Below, piece by piece: positions 1 to 10,431 of a stretch of 38,673 nucleotides of DNA. The notes under the pieces are model-generated. The model searched no databases, was not told where the DNA came from, and worked only from the letters and a program-made list of their open reading frames with translations. The translations under genes and the position numbers were made by a program. Origin of the DNA: Batkoa obscura (lineage: Eukaryota); assembly GCA_030770535.1 (NCBI GenBank), contig JASVEC010000164.1, positions 1 to 38,673 of the forward strand, read 5' to 3'. Numbering within the stretch: position 1 is the first letter of the stretch; every line of letters begins with the position of its first letter.

Positions 1-1397
1 ACAACAAGGCTCTTCATGATACCTTTACCGCCTTCGGTAAAATCCTTTCTTGTAAAGTTGTAACCGAAAACGGAAAGTCTAAAGGTTATGGTTTTGTCCA
101 TTTCGATAAATACGATGATGCTGAAGCTGCCATTCAAAATGTAAATGGTATGTTACTTAATGATCTTATTGTTTATGTTGGTCACCACCAAAGCTCTAAA
201 GAGCGTGCTTCAAAAGCTGATGAAGCCAAGAAGATTTTTACCAATGTCTATGTAAAGAACATTGACCCATCTGTTACTGACGATCAATTAAACGAGTTAT
301 TTAGTCAACAAGGTCCAGTTACTTCAGCTCTTGTAAGTCGTACTGAAGATGGTAAGTCTAAAGAATTTGGTTTTGTCAACTTTGAGAATCACGAGGATGC
401 TATGAAGGCTATTGAGAACCTCCATGAACACGAACTTGCTGGAAAGAAGATTTTTGTTTGTCGTGCCCAAAAGAAAAATGAACGTGAACAAGAACTTCGT
501 AAACAATTCGAACAGTTCAAGGAGGATAAGGCTGCTAAATCCCAAGGTGTTAACCTTTATGTTAAGAATCTTGATGACAACATTGACGATGAAAAACTTA
601 GAGAAGCTTTTACTCCTTATGGTACTATTACCAGCTGCAAAGTCATGAGCGATGACAAGAAAGTTTCTAAAGGTTTTGGATTTGTTGCTTTCTCCACTAC
701 TGAAGAAGCCAGCAAAGCTCTTGCTGAAATGAACAATCGTATGCTTGGTAATAAACCACTTTATGTTGGTTATGCCCAACGTAAAGATGAGCGTAGAGCT
801 ATCTTAGAAGCTCAACGTAGTACTCGTATCCCATCTGGAATTCCAGCTCCTATGTACCCTAACACTGCTATCTTTTACCCACCAAATCCAGCTTACCCAC
901 CTCAAGGACAACGTGGTATGGTCTATGGCCAACCCGGTATGATGGCTCCACGTAACCGTTGGAATGGACAACAACAAATCCAAGGTCAATACGTACCTAA
1001 TGGTGTTGGCGCTGCTCCTCATGCCTATGCTCAAGGTCGTGCTCCACGTCAACCACGTCAAAATCCTCCTCGTACTAACACCACTAACCGTCAGCCATTC
1101 CCTAACAATGCTATCCAAAGCCCTACCCAAGCTCAAGCTCCAGTTGAAGATGGTCAAGCTGCTGCTTCTGGTTTAACTGCTGCTGCCCTTGCTTCTGCTT
1201 CCCCTGAAGAACAAAAGCAAATGATCGGTGAACAACTTTTCCCCTTAATTTTTGCCCATAATGAAGAACATGCTGGTAAGATCACTGGTATGCTTTTAGA
1301 AATGGATAATGATGAACTTCTTCATCTTATCGATAGCCCAGAAGCTTTAGAACAAAAAGTCTCAGAAGCTTTATCCGTTCTTGAGCAACATGCTTAA
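1..1397 (+). CDS. PAB1: Poly(A)-binding protein, 5'-truncated by the window edge
   Basis: Frame is open from position 3 (NKALHDTFTAFGKILSCKV...SKGYGFVHF = RRM2), followed by RRM3 (NVYVKN, FGFVNF), RRM4 (NLYVKNL, KGFGFVAF), a P/Q-rich linker and a C-terminal MLLE/PABC domain (KQMIGEQLF...KITGMLLE). Confidence 0.97.
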   Translation, partial: NKALHDTFTAFGKILSCKVVTENGKSKGYGFVHFDKYDDAEAAIQNVNGMLLNDLIVYVGHHQSSKERASKADEAKKIFTNVYVKNIDPSVTDDQLNELFSQQGPVTSALVSRTEDGKSKEFGFVNFENHEDAMKAIENLHEHELAGKKIFVCRAQKKNEREQELRKQFEQFKEDKAAKSQGVNLYVKNLDDNIDDEKLREAFTPYGTITSCKVMSDDKKVSKGFGFVAFSTTEEASKALAEMNNRMLGNKPLYVGYAQRKDERRAILEAQRSTRIPSGIPAPMYPNTAIFYPPNPAYPPQGQRGMVYGQPGMMAPRNRWNGQQQIQGQYVPNGVGAAPHAYAQGRAPRQPRQNPPRTNTTNRQPFPNNAIQSPTQAQAPVEDGQAAASGLTAAALASASPEEQKQMIGEQLFPLIFAHNEEHAGKITGMLLEMDNDELLHLIDSPEALEQKVSEALSVLEQHA

Positions 1398-1678
1398 TTT
1401 TCTTAAATCCCCATTTTTTAACTTTATTATAACTTTTTCATGTCCTACCTTTTTTGAGAATTTTTCTTTAATAGAGCCCCAAGTAAACTAAAAAATCTCA
1501 TTTTTATAATCATTTTATTGTTTTTATTAAATTATTTTGATATGCTTTTAACCAATTTATTTTCAAAATTTATTTTTATTATTCATGTTAAAGTTTAATA
1601 TTTAAAATAGAATATTTCAATTTTACAGTTATTATAGAAATGTCTAATATCAAAACAATCAATTTTTTTTCAATATAT

Positions 1679-1766
1679 GGGAGTGTTTTTTTTGACTTCA
1701 TTATTTTTTCCATTTTTAAGCGCTATTTAAGCGGAAAATTTTTTAGTATAATTTTATAAAAAACAA
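1679..1766 (-). mobile_element. MITE family A copy, truncated at one end
   Basis: ATAT+GGGAGTGTTTTTTTT end and core TTTTTCCATTTTTAAGCGCTATTTAAGCGGAAAATT match the other copies. Confidence 0.85.
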
Positions 1767-1768
1767 AT

Positions 1769-1796
1769 GGGGATGTATTTTTGTGTTTAAGAATTT
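1769..1796 (+). mobile_element. MITE family A left-end fragment
   Basis: AAAT+GGGGATGTATTTTTGTGTTTAAGAATTT equals the consensus left end; it abuts the preceding inverted copy. Confidence 0.75.
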
Positions 1797-2058
1797 AACA
1801 GATGAGTCTCTGTTTGAAAAGTGAATTAGAATAAAAAAGCGAATTTATTGAACTAAAGTTGAGAAAAGTAAAATAAAATAAATACTACAAAATAAAGCAC
1901 TGTTTAAATATAGCCAAAATACAAATAAAATTACAATACATAAAAGTAACTCCTTTGATCAAATACGTTCACATTTTTATTTCAGTTTTTTTATATATTT
2001 AAAAATAGGCTAATAAAAAAGAATAAAAATTCAATGTTTTTTAAGTGGAAGGATTGAT

Positions 2059-3369
2059 TTAAATTACAGAACAATTAGAAGAATCAAGATGACGTGAGAG
2101 AGCATCTCGACGTTGGAAAGATCTACCACATTGAGGGCAATCATAATGGGTGACATCTTTGTTATGGACTTTAGTAATATGTCGAGCTAAATCATGTTTT
2201 CGATCAAATCTTTTACTACAAATTTCACAACACCAAGCTTTAATACGGTGAGGATCATGAGTAATCATATGGGTTTTTAAATTATATTGTCTTGCAAAGA
2301 CCAATTTACACCCTGGGTATTGGCATGGGAATTTTTTAACTTCTTTTGTCTTTTCTTTACCTTCTACTCTTCTTCTCTCTACTGACTTTTGGGTTGTATC
2401 AACCTTAGGTGCTAACCATTGAAGCTCAGAAGCTTTTTTTGTGGTTTCGTTTAATTCTTCCGAAGTACTAAATAAAGATGTAGGTTCTAAAAATAATGAA
2501 TTACCAAAGTTGCTCATAATGTCGTTAATTAATGGCTCCTCATTGCCATCGACAGTTTCTTTTTCCATCTTGTTTATTTCAGATACGGTTTTTCTAAGCT
2601 TATTTAATCCAAGGGAAGAATCAAAGATTTTAGGAGAAGGTTGAATTAATTCACTTTGTTGATGGTCGTTGTTAAACAAAGGTTCATAATTTAGATTATT
2701 ATATTGTAAAGGCTGATTAATCAATGGAGATGGTTGAGCTGTACCGATATAAGGAGAGAGTAATAAACTGTTAAGATTTGAAAAGTTATCAATTAGAGGA
2801 GTGTATGGAAGATTAGGATTATTAAAGATATTTCCAGAATCTATTACTGGTGTAAAAAAGGACTGAAAATTGGAGTAACCATGTGAAATGAATGGGGAGT
2901 AGCTGGTGTTATCTACAGGTGTATTTAAAGGTTGTGAAAGATGTGGTGAAAAAAGAGGTGGAACTTGGACATGGTTAAACTCAACGGAAGGTGAAATTAG
3001 AGGTTCTATAAGTGGAAGTTGGCTATTGAACCCAACAGAAGGTTGGTTTAAACTTCCAGGTCCTTTAGAAAATGAGTCCAATCCAGAGCTTCCTTTGGAC
3101 ATTTCGTCCATTAAATAATCAGCAAACAAGCTTGGTCCATTATTAAAAAGAGGTTGTTCATCAAAAAGACCGGCACCCAAATCATTGATGTTGTATTGAT
3201 CTTTAAGTAGAGGTGTTTCAAAATCATGCATCATAGGAGTACCATTTAGATCATTAAGTAAAGGGGTGCCATCAAAATCATACATTAAAGGGGTACCATC
3301 TTGAATGAGGGGAGTAGTGTCGTATGGGTTCATAATTTTGTAATTTTCTTTATTAGCGTTAGTATACAT
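2059..3369 (-). CDS. C2H2 zinc-finger transcription factor (Crz1/Ace2-like finger array), 436 aa
   Basis: Three C-terminal fingers (CQYPGC...FARQYNLKTH..TH; CEIC...FDRKHDLARH...H; CPQCGRSFQRRDALSRH.....C) after a long S/P/N-rich acidic N-terminus. Confidence 0.9.
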   Translation of the reverse strand: MYTNANKENYKIMNPYDTTPLIQDGTPLMYDFDGTPLLNDLNGTPMMHDFETPLLKDQYNINDLGAGLFDEQPLFNNGPSLFADYLMDEMSKGSSGLDSFSKGPGSLNQPSVGFNSQLPLIEPLISPSVEFNHVQVPPLFSPHLSQPLNTPVDNTSYSPFISHGYSNFQSFFTPVIDSGNIFNNPNLPYTPLIDNFSNLNSLLLSPYIGTAQPSPLINQPLQYNNLNYEPLFNNDHQQSELIQPSPKIFDSSLGLNKLRKTVSEINKMEKETVDGNEEPLINDIMSNFGNSLFLEPTSLFSTSEELNETTKKASELQWLAPKVDTTQKSVERRRVEGKEKTKEVKKFPCQYPGCKLVFARQYNLKTHMITHDPHRIKAWCCEICSKRFDRKHDLARHITKVHNKDVTHYDCPQCGRSFQRRDALSRHLDSSNCSVI

Positions 3370-4793
3370 TAAGATGAGAAGATAGAAGAAGACTAAGTTG
3401 GTTTAAGTTTTCCTAAAACTTTTTTTATAAAAGCGAAATGGTATAAAATATGATAATTTTCGATAATGCATCTATCCTCACAATGGTGAGAGGAACGAAA
3501 GCAAAAGGTTGTAATTTATATCTTTCAAACTATCAAACTAAAAGGGTGATCCCAACTGTTAAATCAAAGGTTTAATGAGTTGAAATGAGTAATAATAAAA
3601 AAGATAGGTTTATGTATGAATTTAGTACTTACCGCAGCAGATCAACTAGATGTAATAGTAATAACTGCGCAGATAATAGGTGTATAAAATAAGAAAAAAA
3701 TAAGTTGAGATTCACTTTTCTTAATCCTTGGAGCTTTTTAATTAGTGCAATAACTTAGAAGAACTCATAATTTAATTATGATTCGTGCATTTTATTTTTA
3801 GATTACAAATTAAAATTCAACAATAATTCATGGTAAAATTTCTAAATTTGGTTAAAAGCATTAATGGGCTATGGTTGATTGAGTTATTGTGATGAATTAG
3901 TCTGTGGATTCATTCTAAATTTGCTTCAGATTTGATTTAAACGCAGAAGTGGGCATTTTTAATTTTCTATTTCTGGGATTAATAATTATGATTTTTTCTA
4001 TTCTTGTATTAGCAAATACAAAAATAAAATTCTCAGTTTTACCTTTAAGTCGAATCAATAATACTTTCATCAAATTATTAAAATTTCATACTTTGGAAGT
4101 ATGATATTAAATAAACTTATTATCTTAGTAAGCAATAGTATTATCAATGGATATAAAATATAACAATGAAGCATTGTTTAATACAATCGACGCTTAAAAA
4201 TCTCAACATTCTTAGAGATAGCACTAGGTTATATTGGAATTAAAAGTAGCTAATTATTTAAAGCAATAATATAAAATATATAGAAAAAATAGAATTACAT
4301 GATTGTAAATTGTAAGGCACGATTTTATTAAATATTGGTATTCTTGGTTAAGAAAAATACCAACAAGATAAAGGCTTGTGATTATGAAAGGCTTTGGGTT
4401 ATATACTAATGATGTTAAATGATACACTAATGTAATCATAATGGTATATCAAAAGCTTTAACATAATATATTTATTTTAATAATGTGAAAGTAAAAATGA
4501 ATTAATAGTCTAAGATATTATTACTATGTTTAATCTATAAAATCTAGAGTATTTGACAGGTTTTAGACTAATGGAGATTTATGTATTTATTATGAGTCAT
4601 CTTTTGAAGAAACTCATTAATTTAGTTATACTTTTATAAATCAGCCTTAAAAATGAAAAAGTATTTTAGTATTCATTTTATTTAATATACATGAAATTTT
4701 AATATGATAGTGTAATAAGCTATTGAAATAAGATATCAATATTAAGAATTGATTTAATTGAGACAAAGTTATTACATAATGTAAGTAGTATAT

Positions 4794-4892
4794 GGGGATG
4801 TTTTTTTTGATTTCGTTACTTTTTCCATCTTTCAAGTGCTGTCTAAAGGGAAAGATTGTTGGTAAAATTCTTGAACACAAAAATACATCCCC
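4794..4892 (-). mobile_element. MITE family A copy, full length
   Basis: GGGGATGTTTTTT...AAAAATACATCCCC with ATAT on both sides (4790-4793, 4893-4896). Confidence 0.92.
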
Positions 4893-5304
4893 ATATATAG
4901 TTGTTATATAATGCCTACAAAAACTGTCCTAAAAATTAAAACTCGAATTTGGATGTTCATTTCTTAATAATTAGCAATTGAAAGTATTTATTTTTTAGAA
5001 CAATTTTTATAGGCACTGTAGTATTGCTAAGTTTATGCTCAATTAAACGTATTTTTAATATTTGATTATATAAAATAAGATATTGTTATTAATGTTCTAT
5101 ACCTTTTTATTTATTTATTTATTGTATATTGTTCTTTGGATGATAAGATTAATTTTTACTCTGGTATAATATAGCTTAATCATTTTAATTGAAATAGTAA
5201 TGAAAGGGAGTTTTTTAAATGATGATATTTATTTATAACAATTTCAATAATAAAGTAAAAAATTAGAAGACTAAGTAATTAAATATTAAAAGAAAATCAC
5301 TTTC

Positions 5305-6975
5305 TTAATACTTATTCTTATGCTTTTTAAGACCACCATCATTACCTTGAGGGGTATTAACTTCTGGTTTTGGAGTAACGGTTTCTGGAGTTTTTTCAGC
5401 GTTAGTAGAGCTTGATGATGAATCATTTGGTACTTCAGTTGGGTATTTCTTTTTACCACTTGGTGTATTAGTTTCTGGTGTCTTTCCGGCTTCAGTAGAA
5501 GTAGAAGATGAATCTTCAGGTACATTTACTGGGTACTTATCCTTTTTAGTTGGAGTATTTGTCTCTGGTTTTGGAGTATTTCCATTTTCTGGAGTTTTAC
5601 CAGCTTCGGTAGAGGTTGAAGACGAATCGGTTGGTATATTTACTGGGTATTTATCTTTTGGTTTTTCGCTAGATGGTATACCTTGTGGAACAGAGTTGTT
5701 TTGTTGTGGAGTATTGTTTTGTTGTGGAGTATTGTTTTGTTGTGGAGTATTGTTCTGTTGTGGAATACCATTTTCTGGAACTGAGTTATTTTGAGGGGTA
5801 TTAATCTCGGGTTTTGGGGTATTACCATTTTGTGGAACTTTATCAGCTTGAGTAGAACTAGTAGAAGTTTCTTCAGGTAAATTTACTGGATACTTGTCCT
5901 TTTTAGTTGAAGTATTATCCTCTGGTTTTGGAGTATTTCCATTTTCTGGAGTGTTAGTTTCAGGTTTTGTAGTGTTACCACTTTCTGGGACGGACTTATC
6001 TTGTGGAGTATTAGTTTCTGTTTTTGGAGTATTTCCATTTTCAGGGGTCTTACCAGCTTCGGTGGAAGTAGAAGATGAATCAGTAGGTAACTCTACTGGA
6101 TACTTGTCCTTTTTAGTTGAAGTATTATCCTCTGGTTTTGGAGTATTTCCATTTTCTGGAGTGTTAGTTTCAGGTTTTGTAGTGTTACCACTTTCTGGGA
6201 CGGACTTATCTTGTGGAGTATTAGTTTCTGTTTTTGGAGTATTTCCATTTTCAGGGGTCTTACCAGCTTCGGTGGAAGTAGAAGATGAATCAGTAGGTAA
6301 CTCTACTGGATACTTGTCCTTTTTAGTTGAAGTATTATCCTCTGGTTTTGGAGTATTTCCATTTTCTGGAGTGTTAGTTTCAGGTTTTGTAGTGTTACCA
6401 CTTTCTGGGACGGACTTATCTTGTGGAGTATTAGTTTCTGTTTTTGGAGTATTTCCATTTTCAGGGGTCTTACCAGCTTCGGTGGAAGTAGAAGATGAAT
6501 CAGTAGGTAACTCTACTGGATACTTGTTTTTGCCAGTTGGGGTATTCGTCTCTGATTTTGGAGTATTCCCATTTTCTGGAGTCTTTTCAGCATTGGTGGA
6601 GCTAGATGATGAATCTTCAGGTACATTTACTGGATACTTGTCCTTTGATTTTCCACCAATGGGTTTTTCAGCATTTGGATTGAGACCAGTTGGCACAACA
6701 ATTGGTGTATTTTGAGGAGTGTTTGCATTATTACTATCAGTTGGTTTTAAAACGTCTACTACAGCAGGACCAGCCTGAGGAGTACTTCCTTTATTACTCT
6801 CCATAATTTTTTGAATAATTTGTTTTAATTGATTAACATCAGTAATTTGTTCTGGGATTTTAACACCACTTTGTGCTAAGTTGGAAGCATCAATGCTTGG
6901 ATTTCTACGAAGTAAAGGGCTTCCTTGTAAAAAGGATAATAAATTTATCAAAATCAAGGCAGTGGTAGTTCTCAT
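5305..6975 (-). CDS. Secreted S/T/P/N/K/E-rich tandem-repeat protein, 556 aa
   Basis: Uninterrupted ORF with a hydrophobic N-terminal signal peptide, then LLRR, then recurring KDKYPV(E/N)(L/V/I)P and TPENGNTPK motifs. Confidence 0.85.
   Translation of the reverse strand: MRTTTALILINLLSFLQGSPLLRRNPSIDASNLAQSGVKIPEQITDVNQLKQIIQKIMESNKGSTPQAGPAVVDVLKPTDSNNANTPQNTPIVVPTGLNPNAEKPIGGKSKDKYPVNVPEDSSSSSTNAEKTPENGNTPKSETNTPTGKNKYPVELPTDSSSTSTEAGKTPENGNTPKTETNTPQDKSVPESGNTTKPETNTPENGNTPKPEDNTSTKKDKYPVELPTDSSSTSTEAGKTPENGNTPKTETNTPQDKSVPESGNTTKPETNTPENGNTPKPEDNTSTKKDKYPVELPTDSSSTSTEAGKTPENGNTPKTETNTPQDKSVPESGNTTKPETNTPENGNTPKPEDNTSTKKDKYPVNLPEETSTSSTQADKVPQNGNTPKPEINTPQNNSVPENGIPQQNNTPQQNNTPQQNNTPQQNNSVPQGIPSSEKPKDKYPVNIPTDSSSTSTEAGKTPENGNTPKPETNTPTKKDKYPVNVPEDSSSTSTEAGKTPETNTPSGKKKYPTEVPNDSSSSSTNAEKTPETVTPKPEVNTPQGNDGGLKKHKNKY
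5695..5765. repeat. 18-bp coding minisatellite, about 4 copies (PQQNNT)
   Basis: TTGTTTTGTTGTGGAGTA repeated on the + strand. Confidence 0.9.
5884..6527. repeat. Three identical 210-bp (70-aa) coding tandem repeats
   Basis: TACTTGTCCTTTTTAGTTGA recurs at 5891, 6101 and 6311; the intervening sequence looks identical by eye. Confidence 0.95.
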
Positions 6976-8056
6976 GTTGAATCAATCAATTTATATATTC
7001 TAGTTCCAATCAATGGGTATTTAGTAAAGTAATAAGGTGGATTGTATATAAGAAATTAATATAATATACTAGTTTTTTAAAAATTTAGTGAGTTGAAATA
7101 TGATGCTTATATACTATTAACTTCTTATTTATTATATCATTAAGTATATTATTTAACGGTTTTGTTTTATTATATTATTATAGTTTAGATATTAATTGTT
7201 CCCTTACCAATTTTTATCTTAATTGTATTGTTTATTTTAATCAATTAGTGACGCTATTATGTGCGGTTCAACTTATATTAAATCTGCTATTTTTTTAGCT
7301 CAAGAATCCGATTTGAAATATTCAATGAAGTAGAATCGACTCATGATTGAAAGTGTAATAGTTATATTAAAAATCCGCTATTTTTATAGTGGCTAAAAGA
7401 GCTAGCTCTCATATAGCTAATACAGATTTGTTTCAAATTTAATTAAACTAATAGTTTTGTTCTTGGAACTTGAGCTATTTTTTTAATATCAATAGAGATT
7501 TTAGAAGCTTTTATAAGTATTGGCTCTACTTGCTAAATAACTAATCAAAGCAAGATAACATTCTGAACCAAATAAGTTACTTTAATTATATATCATTCAA
7601 ATAAAAGATAACTAGATATTAATAACTATAAGGTTAGTTCGACTATAATGTTTTTATAAAAAATAGTAACGAGGGGTACAAAAATAATTAAATATTTGTT
7701 GGAGCATAAAGTTTATGTGGAACCTATGCTTGAATAGCTCTTAAAACAGAAGGATTTTATTATTTTATTTAAACTTTCCCTGTTTAAAACTGGATGATTT
7801 TAATAAAAAAAATACAATTCAAATATTCTAAATTTAACTAATTACCTTGCTAGCCGGTTCTATCTAAATAACTTAGTCCTCAAATTCACTAACTTAGGCA
7901 TCTGTCATTTTCATTTTATCTAAAAAAGCACTTATTGCCATCGCCTTTCAAGAAAAAAGATGATTATATCAATATAATATTATTTATTCATCAAGATCGA
8001 CATAATAGTTGATTAAGTCTAAACACTCAAGCGTTGAAAATTGATAAGAAATATAT

Positions 8057-8153
8057 GGGTATGTATTTTTATATTTGAGGATTTTACTAACAATTTTTCC
8101 ACTCAAATAGCGTTTAAAAGATGGAAAAAATAATGAAGCCAAAAAACATCACC
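8057..8153 (+). mobile_element. MITE family A copy, full length
   Basis: GGGTATGTATTTTT...AAAAAACATCACC, ATAT on both flanks. Confidence 0.9.
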
Positions 8154-8349
8154 ATATATTATTTGTATAGCTTTTAATATATATCTTGTTATTGTGTTAA
8201 CCTACATCATTTAATCTTATTTAGATGCTACTGCTTACGCAACTAAAATCTAGAATTAAAACATAAACCAACTACTGAATATTTAATAAAGGCATAATTT
8301 TATTACATTTACATTACTGATTTAACTCAAAAAATAATACAAATCTTTT

Positions 8350-9002
8350 CTATAGTAGCTTTTGTCGATATCTTAGGCACAAGTAACTAAAAATGGGCGT
8401 AACACCCGTTTTTGAAGCATCAAGAGCTTTGGTACAGAGCATGTTATATTCAGCTCGTAGTTTATACTTGTCGTGATAGTCAGTATTACAAAAGTTTATG
8501 TATGTGCTGATGACTTTAAAGTAGTGTTTGTGATAATCGGTAGTAGGTTTACACTCTTTAAAATTTAAATCGAAGTACATTTCACTGGGAATAGGTTCAC
8601 TTGCAATATTATCTCCAAAGCTTCTGATACCGTTACTATTGGTATTTCGTTGAATCAGCTCAAGTTCCTCTATTTATTCCTTAAACCTACTGAAAACTAG
8701 CTTCTCTTCAATACTAATACACATGTTTTACTATTGATCTATGATAGAAAAGGCTATAGTAAGAGTTACTGCAGGTCTTAAGAATACCAGATAAGTCATC
8801 TTTACTTCTAGCTTGAGATATATATTATTTGAATCAACGATTATTAGCAAATGGTTGGCCGTCACAGTTATGTAAAATGATCTTTTAAAAAGATGCATAG
8901 CTTTATCATCAATAGGTCTTAAACTATGATGGCTAAAGGGGAATACTGTAATAGTGTAAGTTAAGAAAACTAAGAAGTAAACACAATATCATTAAATTTC
9001 CT
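8350..9002 (-). pseudogene. Dispersed pseudogene of the 29532-30101 secreted-protein family
   Basis: Minus strand reads (AGG)KFNDIVFTS*...FPFSHHSLRPIDDKAMHLFKR and later FKECKPTTDYHKHYFKVISTY...KLRAEY. These match MKFSTTTFTS, FSFNHHSLRGISDE and YKECKSPTDYRGLYNEVKDTY...RLQVEY. Start codon lost; stops and frameshifts present. Confidence 0.85.
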
Positions 9003-9098
9003 TTTCGTTTATATAGTTTGGTAGATAGTCCTGTTTTATGTTTCCAAAATTAAACCCCTTAATGAGTGATTACTTTGTGTTCAGTAAGTTCGAAATAT

Positions 9099-9191
9099 GG
9101 GGATGTATTTTTTTGTTTAAGAATTTTACTAACCTTTCCACTCAAATAACGCTTAAAAACAGAAAAGTAATGAAGCCAAAAAAACATCCTC
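9099..9191 (+). mobile_element. MITE family A copy, full length
   Basis: GGGGATGTATTTTT...AAAAAACATCCTC, ATAT on both flanks. Confidence 0.9.
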
Positions 9192-10431
9192 ATATTATAC
9201 TTAAATTAGCTATAATGGCTCAATTTGAATTTAACTTTGTTTGTTTAAACTACAAGGCGTTATCTACAATAAAAGGTACTTCAACTATTCTGATATATTT
9301 TATGATTCTATTTGTAATTTTTTTATCAAGTCAAAATATACAAATATAGTTGCCAAATGAACTAATTGAAAAAACTGAATGCCCAGAATTAAAACATTTG
9401 TACACAAATGATAAATATTATAATAAAACTAGTAAAAAGAGAATATAAATAAATAAAAGATTATAGAGAATTTATGTTCAATATTATGATGTTTGTATGA
9501 TTTACCTTTATTAAAAGCATTAAAAAAAGTTGTAAACTACAAGTTTTAAGCATATATTTTGAATTTTACTTATTTAAAAATGTTAATTTATCAATAATCA
9601 ATGCGTTTTTTAAACAATATATATATTGCTTATGAATATTGCTTGTAATATAGTGCTAATATCATAGCATAGCATTTGAATAATAAAACAGTCAACTTTC
9701 AAATACTCCAGTCATTAAAAATAACTAATAAAATTTAACTAAATTTGACATTATTTAAAATCGTAAGCCAACCTTTAACAAATTGATTATAAGATTTCAA
9801 TTTTTTTCTTATGAATTTTCATAATATGATAATATCATTATAAATTGATCTTAAAATAATTTACATTCAATAATCATATGTTTGACTTTTATTTGCAATA
9901 CCTTAACTTCATTCTCTCAGTTTGTTTAAGCTTTTTTCTTATCCTTAGAGTCCCTTCATATTTTTATTATCCTAGCTAACTTCTGGGCCATTCAGCCTTA
10001 TTGCATCAAGTTTCTACCCTTATGGCATCTAAATATCAGCTTTTTATGTAGCCACTTTATCATGCGCCTATTCGCATTTAAGTTTAGATGTGGATGTAAA
10101 AGTTATACAGGACAGCACTATAGATTTTTAATAAAAATGAATTGAAAATTATAAGGATTCAAAATCAACATTGCTTCATCAAATAGGATTTAAATAATTT
10201 AAAGACTAAATTATAAACAGTTGTATGGTTTAAAAATATGCAATGCTACATTTAGAATAGCTGTTTATCATACAAGTAAATTAATCGTTTAATCAATTAT
10301 CAAATTTTAAATACAAATATAATAATTTTCCTTTTTAGGAAAAATTCAAAATTCAATTTCGAATCTAATGATTCAAATAGGATAAAAATCACTCAAAATC
10401 AAGGATTTTAGAAAACTTCTTTCTTTAAATC

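Noticed and set aside
324..1176. Overlapping ORFs 324-779, 412-648, 804-1157 and 964-1176
   Set aside because: Antisense or alternate-frame shadows of the codon-biased PAB1 gene.
5894..6715. 273-aa hydrophobic ORF on the + strand
   Set aside because: Antisense of the repeat protein; its length follows from the stop-free 210-bp repeat.
9038..9349. 103-aa ORF (also 4647-4880 and 24499-24690)
   Set aside because: Chance ORFs running through MITE copies and AT-rich DNA, with no protein-like features.
9900..10110. Slightly GC-richer patch upstream of SCC2 (similar patch at 19290-19750)
   Set aside because: Possibly decayed coding DNA, but I found no sustained frame or recognisable motif.
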